This document shows, piece after piece, positions 59,189-64,000 of a stretch of DNA of 64,000 nucleotides (within the stretch, counting starts at the first letter, position 1; each line of letters opens with the position of its first letter). The notes below the pieces were generated by a model. It made no database searches. It saw only the letters and a list, made by a program, of their open reading frames with translations, and was not told the origin of the DNA. The DNA comes from Pyrinomonadaceae bacterium. Lineage in GTDB: Bacteria > Acidobacteriota > Blastocatellia > Pyrinomonadales > Pyrinomonadaceae. The position numbers were made by a program, and so were the translations under genes. The DNA is taken from NCBI GenBank assembly GCA_041746475.1, contig JBGTGX010000021.1:46251-110250 (forward strand), given 5' to 3'.

Positions 59189-59731
59189 ATGGATTATAAA
59201 ACGATCGAAGAAGTGTACACCGCAAACGATAATATTCGGAAGCGTCTGCTACAAGTTGTAACAAACCTGACGACTGAGCAGGTTGATCTGCCGACCGAAA
59301 ACGGAGCGTGGACCGTTCAGGGTGTTGTCGAGCACGTTTCAAAGGTCGATGCGGGGATGACAGGGATTCTCAGTCGACTTCTTTTAAAAGCGGAAGAGGA
59401 CGGTAAAATTTCAGATGGCTCGATAAAGTTCTCCAGTGGGTTTATGGAGGCAATCTCGAAATCACAGAAAGCCAAGTTTGAGGCGCCGGACGTCGTCGTA
59501 CCGGACGGAACACATAGCGTTTCCGATTCGCTTCGATTGATGCGGAAATCCCGCGCGCGTCTGATGGAGCTTCGGTCAAAATTTGAAGCGCTCGATGCCG
59601 GTGAATATACTTTTCCTCACCCATATTTTGGCGAGATGAACGCATACGATTGGCTTGCACTTCTCGGATTTCATGAATTCCGACACACCAACCAAATAGA
59701 AAAGATCCTCGCGACGCATGATGGCAGCTGA
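59189..59731 (+). CDS. DinB-superfamily (DinB_2-like) protein
   Basis: It is a four-helix-bundle-size protein with a C-terminal FHEFRHTNQIEKIL His motif. The ATG at 59189 follows the upstream stop by 2 nt. Confidence 0.6.
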   Translation: MDYKTIEEVYTANDNIRKRLLQVVTNLTTEQVDLPTENGAWTVQGVVEHVSKVDAGMTGILSRLLLKAEEDGKISDGSIKFSSGFMEAISKSQKAKFEAPDVVVPDGTHSVSDSLRLMRKSRARLMELRSKFEALDAGEYTFPHPYFGEMNAYDWLALLGFHEFRHTNQIEKILATHDGS

Positions 59732-59733
59732 GT

Positions 59734-59940
59734 TTGCCCGAAAGATCCGAAGATATTCCGGGGTTGGTAAATCACTTCATAGATAGTCTAAAGAAGCGGT
59801 ATCGGCGTCCCAAGCTTAAGCTTTCGACTCAAGCGATGGACCAATTTAGATCATATTCCTGGCACGGAAATATACGCGAACTAAAAAAACTTTGGAGAGG
59901 ACGGTGGTATTAGCGATTGGCGAAAAGATCGAAGTAGCAA
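59734..59940 (+). pseudogene. Fragment of a sigma-54-dependent (NtrC-family AAA+) transcriptional activator
   Basis: LPERSEDIPGLVNHFIDSLKKRYRRPKLKLSTQAMDQFRSYSWHGNIRELKK continues in another frame as ERTVVLAIGEKIE. Compare the family pattern R.EDIP.L..HF........ls..A...L..Y.WPGNVRELEN..ERAVVL. Walker motifs and the HTH are absent. Confidence 0.6.
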
Positions 59941-60190
59941 TCGGGCTCGTGGCCAAATCATTCATAATAATGGAGTTAAACCTTACTGCGATTCCGGCTG
60001 AGTCTTGCCCACGCTGGCTGCTTTTAGTATGGATGTGTAATGACGTTCGCTTCCGAAGAAACCTTATTTGGGGGCAAGGGATCTGAAAGTTGGAAACCTC
60101 TTTTAGCTTTTTAAAATTTATTCTGACAAGGGAACGGCTGACGTTCTTTGTCGATAAAGGTTGCAGTCATGGGAAGATTTTTTGGGGGCC

Positions 60191-60219
60191 TTGCACGTCT
60201 GTAAATTACGAGCTAGAAT
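60191..60219 (+). promoter_or_regulatory. Candidate sigma-70 promoter of an ORF-less transcription unit
   Basis: TTGCAC (60191-60196), a 17-nt spacer, then TAGAAT (60214-60219). Confidence 0.5.
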
Positions 60220-60225
60220 AAATCT

Positions 60226-60363
60226 CGTATTTTTTTTTATTTCAGTGTGAGAAAGCGGGACGGGGGTAGCCTACTTTCTCGCTTTGCCCAGCCTTGATAC
60301 GGACCCTTCAAGGCTGGGCGCTTTCCAAGCGAAACGAGACGTTATCTTATGTCTCGTTTTTTT
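60226..60363 (+). ncRNA. Candidate small RNA (~140 nt): three hairpins, the last an intrinsic terminator
   Basis: The hairpins are gagaaag/ctttctc (60249-60280), gcccagccttg/caaggctgggc (60286-60319, 11 bp) and aaacgagac/gtctcgttt plus a T7 run (60332-60363). The longest ORF inside is about 16 codons. Confidence 0.45.
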
Positions 60364-60564
60364 GTTTTCCGTAGATAAATATGCTTCGAATCGAGAGAGT
60401 TGGGGTTAGAATTAGCAATTGTGGGCGAACGAAGGAAATCTTCGAGTTTTAAGCTGAATACTGATCAAACAAATATTATTCTCGACTCGTTGCGCGAAGG
60501 CGTTCCGCCCGGCCGATTTGCGAGACGATTTTATAATGATCGAGATGTGTACCTACGGTAATTG

Positions 60565-63243
60565 TCATCGCTTTAAGTCCGCTGCCCAGTTGAGCACGAT
60601 GGTAAATGGCTGCGACTGCGCTCCGGCAACGCCATTGTTAATCAAGAAACGCTGCCCGTCGGCTGTAACTTCGTAATCACCTTCTAAGATTGACTCTATC
60701 TTAAAAAGCGCGGTCGGAGCGCCAGCCTCAAATGTTTCCGCTCCGCTTTTGATGATTACGCTCATCATTTTTTTATCCGCCGTGAGATAGAAAAGCTCTT
60801 TCCCATCGCGCCGCCAACGGGGGCTTCTGCCGCCCGCGGTCGAAATGCGCCACTTCTCGCCGGGCTGGTCAAAGCGTGTAACGTAGATTTCATCGCGTCC
60901 TGATTCATTGGACATAAAAGCGACCCAGCGACCGTCGGGAGAGAATCGAGCAGATTTCTCATCAAACTGAGTTTGAAGTAAGGGGAAAGGTTTCTGCTCT
61001 CCGGAAAGCGGCAAGACCCAGAGGTCCCTCTGCGTGGTCGGTTCATTCTGTGCGTAGATGATGAATCGCCCATCCGAAGACCAGTCAAAAGGGGCGTTGA
61101 ATCCGGACTGGAAAGGCGATTGTCCGGTGCTTGTCGTGTCGCTTAAATCTTTTATGCGGAGGGTTGATTTGCCGCTTTCGCAGCACGAAAAGAAGGCTAA
61201 CTGCCTTCCGTCCGGCGACCACACGGGACTGCTATCGTCTGATGCGCCGACGGTGAACCGCGTGCGCGTGTCGCGTGCAAGATCGTGAATCCACAAATCG
61301 CCGGAACCTGTCTGTCTATCAGTAGTCGCCATCGCCACTTTCTGTCCGTCCGGTGAAAGCCGTGGGTCGTAGTGTTCCCCCGCAGCGCCTATCTCCCCCA
61401 TCTCGCGCCCGCCTCGGTCAAACCAGACGAGCCGAGCTGTCCAAATGTTATTCATGTGCGCCAGCACTCCGTTTTCCGAGACGGAAAATTCCGCCCAGCC
61501 GGTTTCAAAGAAGTACAGGCGTTCGATAACCGGAACTGGCTCGCCCGTAAGACGAAGGTTGTTCACGTCAAACTCTTGCGCCAGCAGCGTGCTGTCGCGT
61601 ACGTAGAGCAGGTATCCGGGCGGCGCGTATTCCGCACGCGTATAGATTTGCACCAACTGCTTGGTTTCAGCCGAGTCAATTGACCCGACATAAATACCGT
61701 CACGTTCGTTCTGCTCGCTGTTCCTGCTGAAGAGAAAATGGCGACCATCGGGGAGAAAATGAAGCCAGACATTAGTATCTCCATCGTTCTTCATTAAAAG
61801 GATTGGCGCACCGCCTGCGGCAGCAACACGATAGATCCCTCCCTTATCGCTATCAACATCTGCAAAGAGAATAGTTCCATCGCGTCCCCAAGTTCCAACA
61901 GCGTCAGTTTCACCCGACAAGTTACACACCGTCTGCGGAGAACCGCCCGCAGCCTCAATCTTCTTGAGTTTCCCTTCCGCAAAGAAAGCCAGATAGCGGC
62001 TGTCCGGCGACCAGAAAGGAGAGATTGCTCCTTCCGTGCCGGGCATGGCTTGCGCCGAAAGCGCATCCAGCGAGCGCACCCAGAGCATTTTCTGACCCTC
62101 AGATTTCGCGATGAAAGCAAGACGGCGACCATCCGGCGAAATGCTCAAGTTATGCGTTTCAACATCAGTTTCAAATGTCGCGTTCTCCGGCAGTGAAACT
62201 GGAAAACGGATGACGTTTATTTCCACCGCCGCGCGGCGGAAATAACTGAGAGCGAAAGGCAACGCCGCGAGAAGACCGAGCAGCGTCACGCCCGCGATAA
62301 TCCACGCGAGACGCTCGCGGCTCTTGAACTGCTCCCGTGGCGGGGCAGCAGTATCTGCGGCTGCCAGTGTTTGAGAGCCTGAAAACCCGGAAACCGCTTC
62401 AAGTGCAAAGGCGAGATCGCGCGCGGATTGAAATCTTTCTTCCGGGCTTTTCTCCAGACAATGTCTGACAACGTGCTCAAGCGCCGGAGGCACATTGCTG
62501 CCGCTCGCGGAAATATCAGGCGGGTCTTCTTTCAAAATGGCATTTAATGTTTCAACCGCAGATTCACCTTTGAAAGCGCGATCGCCCGACAGCATTTCGT
62601 AAAGAACCGCGCCAAACGCGAAGATGTCTGAACGATGATCCACGCTGCGCCCGCGCACCTGCTCCGGCGACATATAACCTGCCGTTCCCATCACCGCACC
62701 CGGATTGGTGTGGACGATGCGCGTCGGCACATCTGTTTGGGCTTCACTTTCAACCTTTGGTTCAATCAGCTTCGCCAAACCAAAATCAAGAATCTTGACT
62801 CGCCCGTCTCTCGTGATAAAAAGATTTTCAGGTTTAAGGTCACGGTGAACAATTCCTTTGTCGTGTGCCGCCGCCAACCCCGAAGCGGTTTGTAGCGCAT
62901 AATCAATAGCCTTGCGCGACGGGAGTGCCTCGCCGTCCAAACGCTCGCGCAATGTCTCGCCTTCCAAGAGTTCCGAAACAACATAAAGCGAACCGTCGTG
63001 CGTGGCGACATCATAGATTGAAAGAATGTTCGGATGATTCAAAGCGCCTGCGGCTTGGGCTTCCTGCTCGAAACGGCGCAGGCGTTCTGCATCGGCGGAA
63101 AAAGCGCCGGGAAGAACTTTGATTGCCACATCGCGCCCGAGTTTCGGGTCTCTTGCACGATAGACCTCACCCATTCCCCCTGCTCCAATTAGAGAGACGA
63201 TTTCGTAGCGTCCGAGTTTTGTGTCAGCAGCAATTGTCATCAC
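60565..63243 (-). CDS. Ser/Thr protein kinase with one TM helix and C-terminal PD40/TolB-like beta-propeller repeats
   Basis: Hanks motifs are GAGGMGEVY, VAIKVL, HRDLKPEN, DFGLAK and GTAGYMSPE. A TM helix (LAWIIAGVTLLGLLAAL) follows, then repeated SPDG(R/Q)..AF propeller blades. Confidence 0.9.
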   Translation of the reverse strand: MMTIAADTKLGRYEIVSLIGAGGMGEVYRARDPKLGRDVAIKVLPGAFSADAERLRRFEQEAQAAGALNHPNILSIYDVATHDGSLYVVSELLEGETLRERLDGEALPSRKAIDYALQTASGLAAAHDKGIVHRDLKPENLFITRDGRVKILDFGLAKLIEPKVESEAQTDVPTRIVHTNPGAVMGTAGYMSPEQVRGRSVDHRSDIFAFGAVLYEMLSGDRAFKGESAVETLNAILKEDPPDISASGSNVPPALEHVVRHCLEKSPEERFQSARDLAFALEAVSGFSGSQTLAAADTAAPPREQFKSRERLAWIIAGVTLLGLLAALPFALSYFRRAAVEINVIRFPVSLPENATFETDVETHNLSISPDGRRLAFIAKSEGQKMLWVRSLDALSAQAMPGTEGAISPFWSPDSRYLAFFAEGKLKKIEAAGGSPQTVCNLSGETDAVGTWGRDGTILFADVDSDKGGIYRVAAAGGAPILLMKNDGDTNVWLHFLPDGRHFLFSRNSEQNERDGIYVGSIDSAETKQLVQIYTRAEYAPPGYLLYVRDSTLLAQEFDVNNLRLTGEPVPVIERLYFFETGWAEFSVSENGVLAHMNNIWTARLVWFDRGGREMGEIGAAGEHYDPRLSPDGQKVAMATTDRQTGSGDLWIHDLARDTRTRFTVGASDDSSPVWSPDGRQLAFFSCCESGKSTLRIKDLSDTTSTGQSPFQSGFNAPFDWSSDGRFIIYAQNEPTTQRDLWVLPLSGEQKPFPLLQTQFDEKSARFSPDGRWVAFMSNESGRDEIYVTRFDQPGEKWRISTAGGRSPRWRRDGKELFYLTADKKMMSVIIKSGAETFEAGAPTALFKIESILEGDYEVTADGQRFLINNGVAGAQSQPFTIVLNWAADLKR

Positions 63244-63252
63244 ACTTTTTTA

Positions 63253-64000
63253 TTATGGTAGCCCAACGCGGCGCAGCAAATCTTGAAAGCGCGAGTCTGA
63301 GCGCAGGTTATCCCATTCCGGCGCGACTTTAAGCTCAGCTAACTCCCCGTTTCGCTCTTGATATGCTTTTTCCAGCCACCGAAACGCCTCATATCGCTCG
63401 CCAAGGTGAGCATACAGTCTTGCTATATCGAAAGGTAATTGTTTGACTCGTAGAAAGAGGAATTTTCCATCGAAATCACCTCTCTCTTGCCCCTCTATTG
63501 TTCTGTCGAGTATCTTTTGCCAATAGCCTTTCGCGCCACCGACTTTGAAAGAACTTCTTAGTGATGCGATGTCTTTAGCAACATCGTTTGGATTATCTCC
63601 CTCCAGAATGAAACCCTTTTCATATTCCGAAATTGCCTCTTCAAACATTCCCTTCTGTTCATAAACTCTTGCAAGATAAAAATGTGTTCGCACATAGTTT
63701 GGGTCTGTCTCTCTTAACTTTTTAAGATGCTCAATTGCGCGGTCATACTGGCGTGAGAGGTAATACGCCAATCCTAAATCCGTGCTGATGGCAAGTGAGA
63801 GCGGATCAAGTTCTAATGCACGTTTATACTCTGCGAAACTTTCGTCAAACCGTCCAACAGCCGAAAGAGACTCGGCATACCAATGATGAGCCGTCGCGTA
63901 GTTTGGGCTAAGCTCGATAGCGAGTTTGTATTCTTTCTCGGCTTCCTCCCAGTTCCAATCATCCCAATGTTTGATATTTGCCAGCGTGGTATGAGCTTCA
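63253..64000 (-). CDS. TPR-repeat protein (5' end outside window)
   Basis: The frame stays open upstream of the track start (…NYATAHHWYAESLSAVGRFDESFAEYKRALELDPLSLAISTDLGLAYYLSRQYDRAIEHL…). Its stop is 10 nt upstream of the kinase start. Confidence 0.75.
   Translation of the reverse strand, partial: EAHTTLANIKHWDDWNWEEAEKEYKLAIELSPNYATAHHWYAESLSAVGRFDESFAEYKRALELDPLSLAISTDLGLAYYLSRQYDRAIEHLKKLRETDPNYVRTHFYLARVYEQKGMFEEAISEYEKGFILEGDNPNDVAKDIASLRSSFKVGGAKGYWQKILDRTIEGQERGDFDGKFLFLRVKQLPFDIARLYAHLGERYEAFRWLEKAYQERNGELAELKVAPEWDNLRSDSRFQDLLRRVGLP

Noticed and set aside
60381-60561. Two short ORFs (MLRIERVGVRISNCGRTKEIFEF ; ...TDQTNIILDSLREGVPPGRFARRF...) faintly reminiscent of the N-terminus of RecF/SMC/OLD-type ATPases.
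   Set aside because: The resemblance rests on a handful of residues. The Walker A motif is absent and the frames differ. This is too weak to call even as a pseudogene, though BLASTX of the region would settle it.

Overview
This is a 64 kb chromosomal segment, most likely from a moderately low-GC member of the Acidobacteriota. The markers for that call are a TIGR03436-type secreted VWA protein, a TonB-dependent receptor, an oversized BamA, a Ser/Thr kinase fused to PD40/TolB-like repeats, and many TPR and FecR proteins. I support about 60 protein-coding genes, and most are housekeeping or envelope functions. They include a complete livKHMGF-type branched-chain amino-acid ABC transporter, PpiD-like chaperone, heme A synthase, TlyA, QueF, CarD, monomeric isocitrate dehydrogenase, purE/purK, CrcB, BamA, a PhoR/PhoB-like two-component pair next to SixA, CBS and Ppx genes, an ECF sigma/anti-sigma pair, and an arsR-arsI pair. 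I found no rRNA, tRNA, CRISPR array, intact transposase, prophage or recognisable defence operon. The notable observations are: (1) a GxxExxY (PD-(D/E)XK-fold) gene sitting between four copies of a ~33-nt repeat arm arranged as nested inverted repeats, with a degenerate gene-less copy elsewhere and one arm supplying the C-terminus of the neighbouring decarboxylase; (2) an orphan promoter + three-hairpin + intrinsic-terminator unit with no ORF (candidate sRNA), lying in a gene-decay zone that also holds a sigma-54 activator fragment; (3) an M1-aminopeptidase homologue with all three zinc ligands substituted; (4) a LysW-like zinc-ribbon protein with a poly-Asp tail and no lysine-pathway neighbours; (5) a membrane HD-GYP-GAF-GGDEF protein next to three 8-mers phased at exactly 20 bp; (6) several small decay products (IS30 N-terminal stub, internally deleted RibD_C/DHFR-like ORF, 3'-frameshifted DUF4256); (7) recurrent ENANA-type low-complexity tails on unrelated lipoproteins; and (8) eight convergent gene pairs whose 3' ends abut or overlap. 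All functional calls rest on motif recognition by eye, and no database search was run.
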